DNA of 64,000 bases from Octopus bimaculoides. Lineage: Eukaryota. Under the pieces are notes generated by a model. That model was not told the origin of the DNA. It saw only the letters and a list, made by a program, of their open reading frames with translations, and did not search any database. This document shows positions 36,250 to 47,705 of the stretch, in pieces (the stretch's first letter is position 1; each line of letters opens with the position of its first letter). The position numbers and the translations under genes were made by a program. The stretch is taken from the NCBI RefSeq assembly GCF_001194135.2, contig NC_069007.1, positions 10,697,298 to 10,761,297 of the forward strand, read 5' to 3'.

Positions 36250-36442
36250 AGTTCAATTCCAGGCAGTGCCTTGAATAAATAATAATAATATCACCAAAAA
36301 ATACCTTAGGAATAAAAACCCAAGATTGAGTTTAAAATTCTACCAGGACACCTGATGAAGGCTGGAGAGTAAATCAGCCGAAATGTTGTGGTAACAACAA
36401 ACAAGATGAGGACATATATCTGTCCAATGTAAATAATGTACA
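36250..36442 (+). mobile_element. Inverted, 5'-truncated second copy of family F
   Basis: Reverse complement of 36009-36199; both copies lie between GAATCATTAGT direct repeats (35968-35978, 36443-36453). Confidence 0.9.
36346..36392 (+). ncRNA. Minimal type I hammerhead ribozyme candidate (H3)
   Basis: GACAC-CTGATGA-A-GGCTG(gagagtaaat)CAGCC-GAA-ATGT-T-GTG; predicted cleavage after 36387. Confidence 0.7.
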
Positions 36443-36640
36443 GAATCATTAGTGTCGGACAAAATGCCTTACAGTATTTCTTCTGCTTCTTTACATCCTG
36501 AGTTCAAATCCTACCAAAGTCAACTTTGCTTCTCATGTCTCCATTGCTGATAAGATAAAGGGCCAAACAAATACTGTAGTTGAAGGCATTAACTAACCCC
36601 CCTCGTCAAAGAAGCTGGCCTTGTGCCTAAACAAGAAACA
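36443..36640 (+). mobile_element. Old SINE family B copy, 3' part (head remnant at ~35958-35978)
   Basis: CTGGCGGAATCATTAGT | GTCGGACAAAATGCCTTACAGTATTTC...GAGTTCAAATCC...GGCCTTGTGCCTA. Confidence 0.7.
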
Positions 36641-36703
36641 TGTAATAGCAAATTCTTACAAATTAGTTTGAACCAAAAACAAAAAAAGGTAACAAACACT
36701 CAC

Positions 36704-36855
36704 AAAAGAATAGGGACAGTGGTTAGAAACTTTTTCGTAGCAGTGAACTGTTGACCATAGTCGATTTGCTCCCATTGTGTTTGCATTCGGGCCTTACCTT
36801 GGTCAGCAGGTTCCCATGGAGTACCTTTGGTCACATGTAATATCATAAACATCAG
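36704..36855 (-). CDS. ORMDL: ORMDL coding exon 2, 152 nt
   Basis: TTTACAG acceptor and GTGAGT donor; [50 protein letters not shown]. Confidence 0.97.
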
Positions 36856-37214
36856 CTGTAAAGATATATTGGAAGACACATTTTTATGATTGTTACATTT
36901 ATTTCTCACAAAACCCTTCACATCATGGGACCACCTGCAGGCTTAACAACACACTGTTTCTACTGAGGGAGCACAGGTATGGGCTGAATGGTTATGAAAT
37001 GTGCATTGCAATTATGAGACCCTGTCCGGAGTTCAACTATACTGCATGGCAACTTCAGAAGGTAAATGGTTTCTAGAATAGTTTCAGGTTGTCTCAAGTT
37101 GTGTGAGTAAAATAGAAACTTGATGAATAAACTGTACCTGTAGTTCAGGATTACATTAAGTGCACAGGTGAATAGTCACTCTCTCTGTAACGAGCATGTT
37201 GTAGTAGTAGTAGT

Positions 37215-37540
37215 GTGAAGGCACGTGGCTGAGTGGTTAGAGTATTCGGCTCACGATTGTAAGGTCGTGAGTTCAATTCCCGGTGACATGTTGTGTCCTT
37301 GAGCAAGACACTTTATTTTACATTGCTCCAGTTCGCTCAGCTGGCAAAAATGAGTAGCACCTGTATTTTAAAGGGCCAGCCTTGTCACACACTGTGTCAT
37401 GCTGAATCTCCCTGTGAACTACGTTAAGGGTACATGTGTCTATGGAGTGCTCAGCCACTTAAATGTTAATTTCATGAGTAAGCTGTTTCATCGATTGTAT
37501 CAGCTAGGACCCTCATCGTCGTAACCGATGGAGTGCTACT
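37215..37540 (+). mobile_element. SINE family D, full length
   Basis: TGGCTGAGTGG A box, GAGTTCAATTCC B box, CORE-like GTGTCCTTGAGCAAGACACTT. Confidence 0.9.
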
Positions 37541-37828
37541 GCGTTGCTTGAACAACTGGTAGAGTCATTGCCCAATCCAAATTAAAGGACCTCGTTATTA
37601 TCTCACCAATATCAAAGTGAAATTTAATCAGCAATAGAAATGGGGTCTCCTTCCCATTGAAATTTTAATCAAAACAATGAAAGTAACAACAGAGGATGGA
37701 CAAAGGAATATTGAAATAAAAGAGGGGGAGAAAAAGATGAGAAAAGAGAGAGAGAAGAAATGTGAGACAGAGAAGTTGAGATGAAAGAGCAGAGAAAACA
37801 AGCTAAGTAGATGAATGTGAGTACTTAC

Positions 37829-38002
37829 GACATCATGGACGACATTGGTGAGTGTCCAGGCTATGGGCACTGAGAAAAAAGGAACACTTAACAGCATGAA
37901 GTGGACCAGAGAGATCATAATTATATAAGTGAGCCATATTCCTTTACTGTTCAGGTAGAAATGGGTTGGGTTCCCATCACTATGGGCTGTGCCCACATTC
38001 AT
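37829..38002 (-). CDS. ORMDL: ORMDL coding exon 1 (174 nt coding; exon extends to 38026)
   Basis: MNVGTAHSDGNPTHFYLNSKGIWLTY...WTLTNVVHDV; acceptor TATGTAG, donor GTAAGT; 174+152+136 nt = 153 aa + stop. Confidence 0.97.
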
Positions 38003-39154
38003 CTTCGATGAAACTACAGATGGTCACTACATAAAGAAACAAAAAAAAAAAACATTGATTAATAAGTTATTTGGAATTCGTCATCGACACATTTGACATC
38101 TCTCCTTTATAGTCTACCTTTTCCATAATCTAACAGTAAAAACCTGAAACACCCTAAAACAAAAAATTTCCCACACATGCAGTATTGCAGCTAAAGAAAG
38201 GACTAGTGAAATTAATGCACAATATTTTTTTTACAAATGGTTTGGCCCAGAGGAAGTGATTGTGCTTAAGGCTTTTAAAGAACTGGCTCTGAAGATGAAG
38301 AACCATTTCTGTGATGCAGTCTTTGCTATGTTGAGGACATTTGTAATGACTAGATGCCTTTTGTTGTATGTTCTTCATTTTTCATGTTTAGTGTGGCACA
38401 ATTAACACCAAATACTCAGGCCTCAATACAAACAGTAAGAAACAAGTTTATTGAATAGCGGTATGTACATTGTGCATGTATATATACATTCATACACATA
38501 TATAAATTTAATTTAATATAATTTTAATTTCACTAATTGGATATGGAAGCAACATCATAAAAATTGTCCTTTTGTTCATCCAGCAGTCTCAGGTAAGAGG
38601 CATAGAAATAGATAAAAGTCACTGTCTAATTTTCCAAGACTAATCTAAGATTAAACATCGTGTCACACACTCTGACTACCTCAATTACTTCACCCACTCA
38701 TTTCTCTACTAAAAATACATTCTCTAACACATACTACCACTATTACCTTCCCAGAAGATTTTCTACCTATGTTCTTTGCCTGTGAGGTATGTCTGAGGCT
38801 TACCTACATCTTACATATTGCACACAACACACATCTATATGCCCTCATTCTAGCATTTCTACAACCTCACCAGATCAACCTTTCAATGTGCCTAGATTGA
38901 CTGTAGCAGCCCCAGGAAAGTGGACTGGGTGGAAAGAGTAAGTAGGGAGTTGGGGAAACAGTTTCCAGGTTTGTGGGAAGATTTGCCTTTAGGTAGACTA
39001 CTCTTGCACACTACAAGCCACACAAATTTTCCCATGGACCCTAAGCTTCTGAAAGGTCCATCTATTCAGTTTTTGAGCTGCTGTTGTATATAGTCACTTG
39101 CTGACATCTCTCCTTCATATTATGCCCAGCTAAAATTTTATGTAATCATGATTA

Positions 39155-39364
39155 TACTCTTTATTCTTTTACTTGTTTCAGTCATTTGACTGTGGTCATG
39201 CTGGAGCACCACCTTTTTAGTTGAGCTAATCGATCCCAGGACTTATTCTTTGTAAGCCTAGTACTTATTCTATCGGTCTCTTTTGCCGAGCCGCTAAGTT
39301 ACAGGGACGTAAACACACCAGCATCGGTTGTCAAGCGATGTTGGGGGGACAAACACAGACACAT

Positions 39365-39415
<51 letters not shown>

Positions 39416-39577
39416 ACGGGCTTCTTTCAGTTTCCGTCTACCAAATCCACTCACAAGGCTTTGATCAGCCCGAGGCTATAGTAGAAGACACTTGCCCAAG
39501 GTGCCACGCAGTGAGACTGAACCCAGAACCATGTGGATCGTAAGCATGCTACTTACCACACAGCCACTCCTACGCCT
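39155..39577 (-). mobile_element. SINE family A, full length
   Basis: Consensus match with internal microsatellite. Confidence 0.92.
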
Positions 39578-40232
39578 ATATTACGATAACAATATTGTTA
39601 AAATACACACTATACCTCTTGAAGCAGATATCTGACCACGAAATCCAGATAATGTATTCAAAACTACATTACAACAACCTCCCTCTTAAGTACGCAACTT
39701 GAACCTAACCACATGTGTGTACTTAGCCGGTACGTTGCAACAGCAGTAGCAAATCAGTTGCATGAATGTATGCGTGCAGCTAATCACAGAAAGGCTCATG
39801 TATGCACACAGTTTTAGATCACATTTATTATCTTTTCTGTCAGGTTTCTGATATCACATACCTTGAGCCATTTATTACCTGTTTAGATGTCCAATGTTGC
39901 TGGAGAATAAATCGTTGATAAATTTAAACCTGAGATTCTTGAAGGTTTTGCATGTACTTATCTGTGATGCATACTTAACCAGGTTACAGTATTGTCCTTC
40001 CTATTTCAAAATAGTAGGGCTGTGAGATGAGGAAAATATGCTGCTATTTCTAGCAGATCAAGTGACAGTGTAAATGTTCCCTTATAAACTCGTTAATGAT
40101 GTATCACACTGGCTCAAACACACATATCTGTAAGATAAAGGGATGGTGGTACAATCGATTAAATTGATGACCCTTGTATATAACTGGAAGTCCTTTGATT
40201 GATATAAGAAAGATAAAAATCAAGACATACAG

Positions 40233-40572
40233 TCATCATCATCATCGTTTAAAGTCTGCTTTCCAAGCTAGCATGGGTTGGATGATTTGACTGAGGATTG
40301 GCGAGCTGGATGGCTGCACCAGGCTCCAATCTGATCTGGCAGAGTTTCTACAGCTGGATGCTTTTTCTAACCCCAACCATTCCTAGAGTGTAGTGGGTGC
40401 TTTTATGTGCCATCGGCACAAGGGCCAGTCAGGCGGTACTGGCAACGGCCACACTCAAATGGTTTTTTACGTGCCACCTGCACAGGAGCCAGGCCAGCGG
40501 CACTGGCAACGACCTTGTTCGAATGTTTTCTAATGTGCCACCGGCACAAGTGCCAGTAAGATGACGCTGGTA
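40233..40572 (-). mobile_element. SINE-like family C with several internal tandem modules
   Basis: (CAT)n tail and repeated GTGCCA modules. Confidence 0.85.
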
Positions 40573-40709
40573 TAGCATGGCTGTCAGAGTTCAGGAATAA
40601 AAATGTATAAAACCTTTATCTTTTAAGAAATATTGAAAATTCAAGATACACAAAGTTGCTGGATCTGTATACTACATAATCATTCAATATAACCCCTACC
40701 AACTTTAAT

Positions 40710-41990
40710 AACATCCTTGAGGCAACAGTGGAATCAGGAACAGAGATGTTTCATGGTCGCAGCTGACTCATCTTGGAATGCTTCCTGGCAGATGTGCTAC
40801 TTCAGCACTTCCTTGGTGTTGCAGGGAGTCTTGTTGCTGACTCTCTCGATCGTACCCCGGTAAAAATATATCCAGATAACTGCAGTCTGGGGAGTTAGGA
40901 GACCACAGCCGAGTGGTTTGAACACAGAAAGTAAAAGGAACATATAATAATTTTTGAAAAGTATTTTGTCCTGTATGCTACCATTCGAGCCAAGTCTCCA
41001 GATACCAACTGCCTCATCTAGATCACACTACCTGCTAGAAAAAGCATCCAAATCTCACTCAAATCACATCCTACCATCATTCACACTTAGAGACACTGGA
41101 TATTATAATTCTCAATACTGTAAACAAAAGATGGAATTGGTGCAACATATTTTGGGTGTATTTGAAGGCAATTGAGCTATTATTTCTAGTAGATGAAGTG
41201 ACTGCTCAGTACATAGGAGAGGAACCCTTAACCTTTATTTTTAAAAAATCCCTATGACTAAAACAGTAATTTCATACATATTACATACCTATGAATTTAT
41301 TAAAGATTTTAAAAAATTCTTAGCAAAAGCCCTTTATTCTTTGTTACACACTTGCAATTTGCCCCTGGTATTAAAGAGGTCCCCCAGAGCCAATATTGTG
41401 GCTACTTGATTAACTCAGTAAAAAGTTATATACATAAACTAAAAAAATAAACTATAGCTGTTACTTGTATGACCTGGTAGCATGTCCCATGGTTTTACTA
41501 ATTGTTTAAGGTTCTACTGTAATGAAGGACAGATACAGATACCTTCTCAACCCTACCACTAATGACATCCAGGACGTAGTAATTGGAGGTGGGGCAGGGG
41601 GGGGGCACAGCATCAGCCTCAGTGGTTGCCATGTAGACTGGGGCAACATGACATGTACAAAGCACAAGGACATAATACACTGAATTGAACTCGTAATCTT
41701 GGGAACATTATGTGGGCTAACTGCTCTTCTGCTTGCTGGGTGCCTTGTTCTGGTAAAAGTTTTTTCATCTGAGAAAACCCACATGTTTGATACGAAGGGA
41801 TGCTTCTACTTGTTCAACAGTGTCTTGGCCCTTTTCACACAGTTTTTCTTGGACTTTTAAGTGAGCAGTTGTCCTGAGTGCATCTTGTAAGACTTATGAC
41901 AAAGGTCTTCAGGCAATCTCACATACTCAATAAACTGCTTGAATTTCTAGATGAAATTAGCATTTCTCACCTTTTGTTTACAGTGATTAT
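40710..41990 (-). mobile_element. Decayed Tc1/mariner (maT-like) transposase
   Basis: Fragments EDLCHKSYKMHSGQLLT...KTLLNK*KHP...WVFSDEKTF and WSPNSPDCSYLD...NKTPCNTKEVLK. Confidence 0.8.
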
Positions 41991-42734
41991 TCGTTTTCCA
42001 AGCAACCACAGTGTCAACCTCAAAGTTACTGTCCTTTCACTCCTTTCTCACCCTCAGGATTGTGTACAGTGGGAGTTTTAAGTTTTCGACAATAGCCTTG
42101 TTATTCGCACTGGTACAGAATGAGTACACCACCACCTTCCTTTCCCACTCCTCAGGGAACACAGTGCAAGCAGGTAGAGGTTGTAGGAATGTACAAGAGA
42201 GTGGAGATATGGTTAGAGATGGAAGATGGATAGGCAGGTGAATATAATGAAGAACAGATGCTGAAGGATGAAGGAGGAGATAACTGTAGAAACTGAGTAG
42301 GGTTGAGGTGGGGTATAATGGATAAAGGTTGACCAAATGATATATATGAGGTGAGAGAGAGAGTAAGAAATAAACAGACAGAGCCAGAAAAGGAGAGGTG
42401 AAGTGCAGCAGAATAGTAATAATGGTAGAGCAGATAGGAAAAAGGGTAACAGAGAGTGAGTGAGTGAGAGTATTCAATGTAGAAAGTAGGTGGAGAGGAC
42501 AGTATTAAGAATGAAAGACGAAGAACAAATGAAATAGTTGTTGGTAATGAAAAGGATAATGGTACCAGGAAGAAACCAGTGAAGTATGCAGTTCTGCTCA
42601 CATTTAATTACAACAGCAGAATACTGTAATTAGAGAAATGATGGCTGGTGGAAATGTCATGAGGAGGAAACTGAGCAGGGGAGTGCATAAGTTCCAGAAC
42701 TTCAGTTTCACCAAGGTGGGCAGGTCTTCTCAAG

Positions 42735-43075
42735 AACTATATACGCCCAGTCATCCTGGTCCTTTGTCATCTCTTCTGTGAGGTTCAAATTCCTGAGATC
42801 AGCCTTCACCACTTCCAGGGTCTCCATCTGCCACATCTATTGGCACTTCTTTATACAGCTGTCCTCATCCATATACACATACCCAAACCAGTGCAGTCTT
42901 TTTTCTTGCACACATCTGATTCCTCTCATACCCAATTCTTTTTCCTCAACTCATTTGTACTTTGTTGTTAATCTACACTTACACATCCAACAGAGCAGGC
43001 TAGCTTCATTCCTTTCCAGTATCCTCATCACACAAGGACCATATCTCATTAGCCTGCAGCATCACTGTTCTAAAA
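42735..43075 (-). mobile_element. Degenerate RTE LINE 3' fragment
   Basis: ERNEASLLCWMC...QEKRLHWFG..MDEDSCIKKC. Confidence 0.75.
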
Positions 43076-44559
43076 AAAGGATCATACGATCTACCCTTTA
43101 AGAGAAAAGACCATCGTTGCCAGCAGCATTAGAATCTCCCTGAACATTTTTCAACCAGTTATTACCCTGGCTACTATACTTTCAGAGCAACAACCCCACC
43201 TGCTAAACAGATCTAGTTAACAAAAGCTAGTGACCATTTTTAGTAATCCATATATGGACAAGAGAATCCATTTCTGGTGAGCTCTCAGTATGTTTTATTC
43301 CAGTGCATCTGCCACATGTGAAGCCTGCTAGCTCTGCAAGCAGTATTTTGTTTCAATGCTATTTTCTATTACAAACTAAATCTAGAGCTTAACCAACACT
43401 TTGTAACAGCTATAAATGTCATGTCTCTATATTCAACATCTTTGTGGAGGCACACACAGTCAGTGTTATGTCAGTTCATTTATTCATTTTTACATGTTCT
43501 TCCATGTTCCCATGGGTTAGGAGAATAGAGGCACTGTTTTACATTCGAACACCCTTCAGTCACTAACAATTACCAGTTTTTCAAGAATTCTCTTATTGCA
43601 CATATCTTCAAAGGACACAAAACCAGCAAATGATTTGCTGATGGTGGAAAGATCAACATTACTGCTTGTCGGTGAACTTGTCTTGAAGAAGCACAAATGT
43701 AAACACACACACACGTACATACAAGAGACTTCTTTCAGCTTCCATCTACCAAATCCCCAATCAATGCTTTGGTTGTGGGGGTCTATAGTAGGAAACACTT
43801 GCCCAAGATACTGCACAGTAATGAACCCTAAACCCAGTGGTTAAGAAGCTAATTTCTTAACCACATAGTTATGCTACCATTTATGTATGTCTGTCTGTTT
43901 ATCAATCCATCTATCTATTTACATACACACAACATTCTTTAACTTGTGCTAGCCTGCAGGCTGCTGGGATACCACCACTGCTGAAGTAAAAAAAGACAAG
44001 GTGATTGCAGTAAGACAATAACACAAACACACTGAATTCAGCTAGCCTTGATTATTACCTTCACTTATCTATACATACACGCATCATCATTTTCTAACGT
44101 CCATCCTCAGAGCTGGTCATGGACTCAACAGGTTGACAAGATCCCAGGGACCCGAGAGGAAGGGTTGATTAAATAAACCCCACATTTCATCGGCCCTGAA
44201 AGGATGGAGAAGAGCTGAAGTGAATACATGATATTTTAGCTGATACTAATGATTCTCCTAAGGCTCCACCACCCTCACCTCCACACTAATATTGATTTTT
44301 AACATTAATAGTACAAGGACACATATTTAGGGTGAGCTGGCAGTGGGGGGGGGGGCATCGATTTAATCTTGCCAATCTGTAATATTATTTTAATAATTAA
44401 TATTATTTGTTTTATCAATACTCAGAAAAACGTGAGGATAATTTGACCCAGATCGTCTTTGACCTCACTAAACGAACTTAAGACGCTATATATTTCTATT
44501 ACTACTTTAGTAAAGGAAAGGCAAAGGTTACCTTCTTGAATCATGCTGACTCATAAGGG

Positions 44560-45003
44560 CCAGTTTTCTGGTTTCCATGGCATATAAATTCCCTAGAACG
44601 AAACACTGGTCAGTTGCAGGGTTACTCTTTTTTGCCAGCTGAGTGGACTGGAGCAACGTGAAATAAAGTGTCTTGCTCAAGAATGCATTCACTGCCCAGT
44701 CTAGGAACATCTATGTGGTCATTCGGACTGCTAGAAACAGCAGCAAAAATCATCTAAGTTCGAGGAAGTATAGGGCCGGTTACTCAGTTTCCATAGTGAC
44801 TGAGTGACCGAGATCGTAACATTCCTCCCTGACCGGAACACCGATCCCTTGCAGGGTTACTAATTTTTGCCAGCTGAGTGGACTGGAACAACATGAAATG
44901 AAGTGTCTTGTTCAAGAACACAATGCGTCGCCCAGTCCTGAAACTGGAACCACAATTTTATGACCATGCGTCCAACACCCTGACCACTAAGCCATGCACC
45001 TCC
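44560..45003 (-). mobile_element. Two partial SINE family D copies
   Basis: TTTTGCCAGCTGAGTGGACTGGA.CAAC.TGAAAT.AAGTGTCTTG occurs twice. Confidence 0.75.
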
Positions 45004-45489
45004 ACACTACTTTAGATTTAATTAGTTCAACTACAAGTATGCTTTCTAAATCATACACAAGCCATGTCATGACTACACTTGTTTGATTAGGTTGGAAGGT
45101 TAATAACAATAATACATAACATAGACTCAAACATCCATGTGGTCATTCGGACTGCTAGAAATAGCAGCAAAAGAAGCAACTTATTTCTTTCCTTCTTTCT
45201 ATGCGTAAGTATATTCTACTTGCGGTATTGCCCCCTTGGGTGCAGAGGGTGTTGAAGAAAAGTGGGGTGATAATTCATGTAAAAACAACAAAATAATGGG
45301 TTCATTAGGTTAAGTTTTATTTGTGAAATACAATTGCTTTGAATTTGCTTCAGAAAGGGGTCTATGTTTGTGATGGTGAGGGTGCTAGGGATGTGGCCAG
45401 GATGTCAAGGGGGGGCAGCAGCCTGAAAAAGTTTGGGAACCACTGAACTAGGTTATGACTAGGAGATAACAGTTTACTCAGGGTAGCTG

Positions 45490-45800
45490 CCTTCAGCTTC
45501 CACCATGGCATCAAGATGGCTCCGGAGCCTGGCACCGGTATTCTTCACTATGTCCCTGAGAACATCTTCAGATACCTTCTAGATCTTGACCATCAGCTCG
45601 GCCTTAGTGTTACAGGCAGAGTGGCCGGTTTCTTTCTCAGCCTCACTCCACACATAGTAACCCATGGAATTACAATTGGGGTAATTCAAAGGCAAGAAAC
45701 TTGGTCTAGTGAAATCACAGAAATTCTCCAACAAACACTTCTCACTTTTTCTAGAGTGCCATGAATATGGCCTTTCAACAGCAACCCTCTCCAGCAACTT
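45490..45800 (-). mobile_element. Tc1/mariner (maT-like) transposase C-terminal fragment
   Basis: RPYSWH..RKSEKCLLENFCDF...YYVWSEAEKETGHSACNTKAELMVKI. Confidence 0.75.
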
Positions 45801-45904
45801 CACAGAGCCATCTGAACTGAGCCTAAGGTGGCAGGACATCACGCTGACCATGGCTTTGTAGTCTCCACTGCAGCTGTTCATGACAGGTCTTAAAGACTAG
45901 AACT

Positions 45905-46151
45905 TATTCTATCAGTCTCTTTTACCAAATTGCTAAGGGGATGTAAACATACCAACAGCGGTTGTCAAGTAGTGCTGGGAGACAAACACAAACATACACA
46001 CATATATATATATACGACGGGCTTCTTTCAGTTTCCATCTATCAAATCCACCCACAAGGCCTTCGTCGGCCCAAGGCTATAGTAGAAGACACCTGCCCAG
46101 GGTGTTATGTAGTGGGACTGAACCTGGAACCATGTGGCTGGGAAGCAAACT
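45905..46151 (-). mobile_element. SINE family A, partial
   Basis: Consensus match. Confidence 0.8.
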
Positions 46152-47108
46152 TCTTACCACACAGCCATGCCTATATACGCTCTTTTTGTGTTGTGATCTC
46201 TATTTCTCCGGTTTGTAAAGCCAATTTTTCCGAAAATTTTCCCTGATCATTGTTTAATCTAAGCCCTGATCGAACAAATCTATGACCAAAGGCGTTTCAG
46301 TTGTGACCATCCCCTCTATCAATATATCCAGAGGTGGTGTCTGATATGTCCTTTAAAAAATGTGGAATTTAAAGGAGACTTAACAGCTATTTCTTAAAGT
46401 TCAAGTGAACATGCAAACGCTACCCAGTTTTGTTTAGTTCTAGCTTAGCGGCAACGTTAGGTTAGAGGAGCTCCACCCGCGACCACGCCCTCAATTTGTA
46501 TCTCTTCGATTACATTGTCCATTGTGACTTTGCTTCTTTTTTTCAGTTTTAAAGAGAAAAATAGACAGTAGGGAATAAAATGGGGGGAGAATTAGTTGTT
46601 ATTTCCAGCTGGGCCACCTACGTGTTAATTGTGCTATGAGAAACACCGACTTGTAATTCGAGAGATCTTCCCTGCCGTGTCGGTGCTTGAGGATCAAAAT
46701 TTAAAAATTATCCTAACATATGTCAACAACACATCTTCACATACAGAGTACTTAACTGTTTAGAAAGACAAAACACCCACCAATGACGGACAAGGTACAT
46801 TATTATTCACGCGCGCATATATATATAAAAATCGGGCAGTAATCCAGAGTTGCCTATTTAGCTAAATGTAATAGTAGACATGAAACCAATGATAACTTTC
46901 TGTCCGGCCATAACCAACATATACTACTCCAGTACATTATATATATACACACACACACCTGTATACAAAGGTCATGAACAATGCTTCTTCCTCCAGAACA
47001 TACATAAACACACAGCTGTATGTACTCATACACATGTATATATTTAATATAATTATACACGTATCAATACGTATGTGTATGGCATATGCGTTCATGTGTG
47101 TGTATGTG

Positions 47109-47145
<37 letters not shown>

Positions 47146-47299
47146 ACATGTAGATTTGTTACATAAAGCCATAAACACATCAGTATACAGAAATATTGAT
47201 ATCTACCTATCTATATATCTATATATATATATAGTCATACACACAGCAGTGTGTACGTTGTATGACTCTGTGTGTATATATATGCAGACATATACAGTA

Positions 47300-47319
47300 A
47301 ATACACATGTGTCTATGTA

Positions 47320-47387
<68 letters not shown>

Positions 47388-47392
47388 AACAT
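47300..47392. repeat. Long (TA)n microsatellite
   Basis: Direct. Confidence 0.95.
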
Positions 47393-47595
47393 ACAGGCAT
47401 CTGTGTTTGCTGCTGCAAACATCACAGCTGAAATCAAAGAAAAACACGAAACTGGAGTAAAAATACATTAACGAAGTCTACATTTAAAAAAATAATTATT
47501 ACAGCAAATATTGCCATTAACTAATTTAACTGTCCCTCGATATAATTGATATTATTATAATTATAATTAGTTAAAATGTCCCAAAGAGTTGACTC

Positions 47596-47705
47596 ACCTG
47601 AAATTGTTGATAATTGTTTAATTAACAAGTTGGACAGATGAGTATGAGCATGCGCCGATCGTTACTTCCTTTTTCCGATTGAAAACGTGGAGTGACGGAA
47701 GTGGG
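47596..47705 (-). promoter_or_regulatory. Candidate ORMDL promoter and non-coding first exon
   Basis: Consensus donor CAG|GTGAGT (exon end 47598); NRF1-like GCATGCGC 47648-47655; ETS-like ACTTCC 47664 and CGGAAGTG 47696-47703; local CpG enrichment. Confidence 0.5.

Noticed and set aside
37215-37290. tRNA genes (also the heads of families A, B and F)
   Set aside because: A/B boxes are present but there is no complete cloverleaf, and each continues into a SINE body.
42037-42601. 146- and 149-aa hydrophobic ORFs
   Set aside because: They derive from a purine-rich low-complexity tract and show no family motif.
46854-47460. YI/VC/HT-repeat ORFs (also at 238-1334, 31443-31724, 62419-62894)
   Set aside because: Translations of dinucleotide microsatellites.
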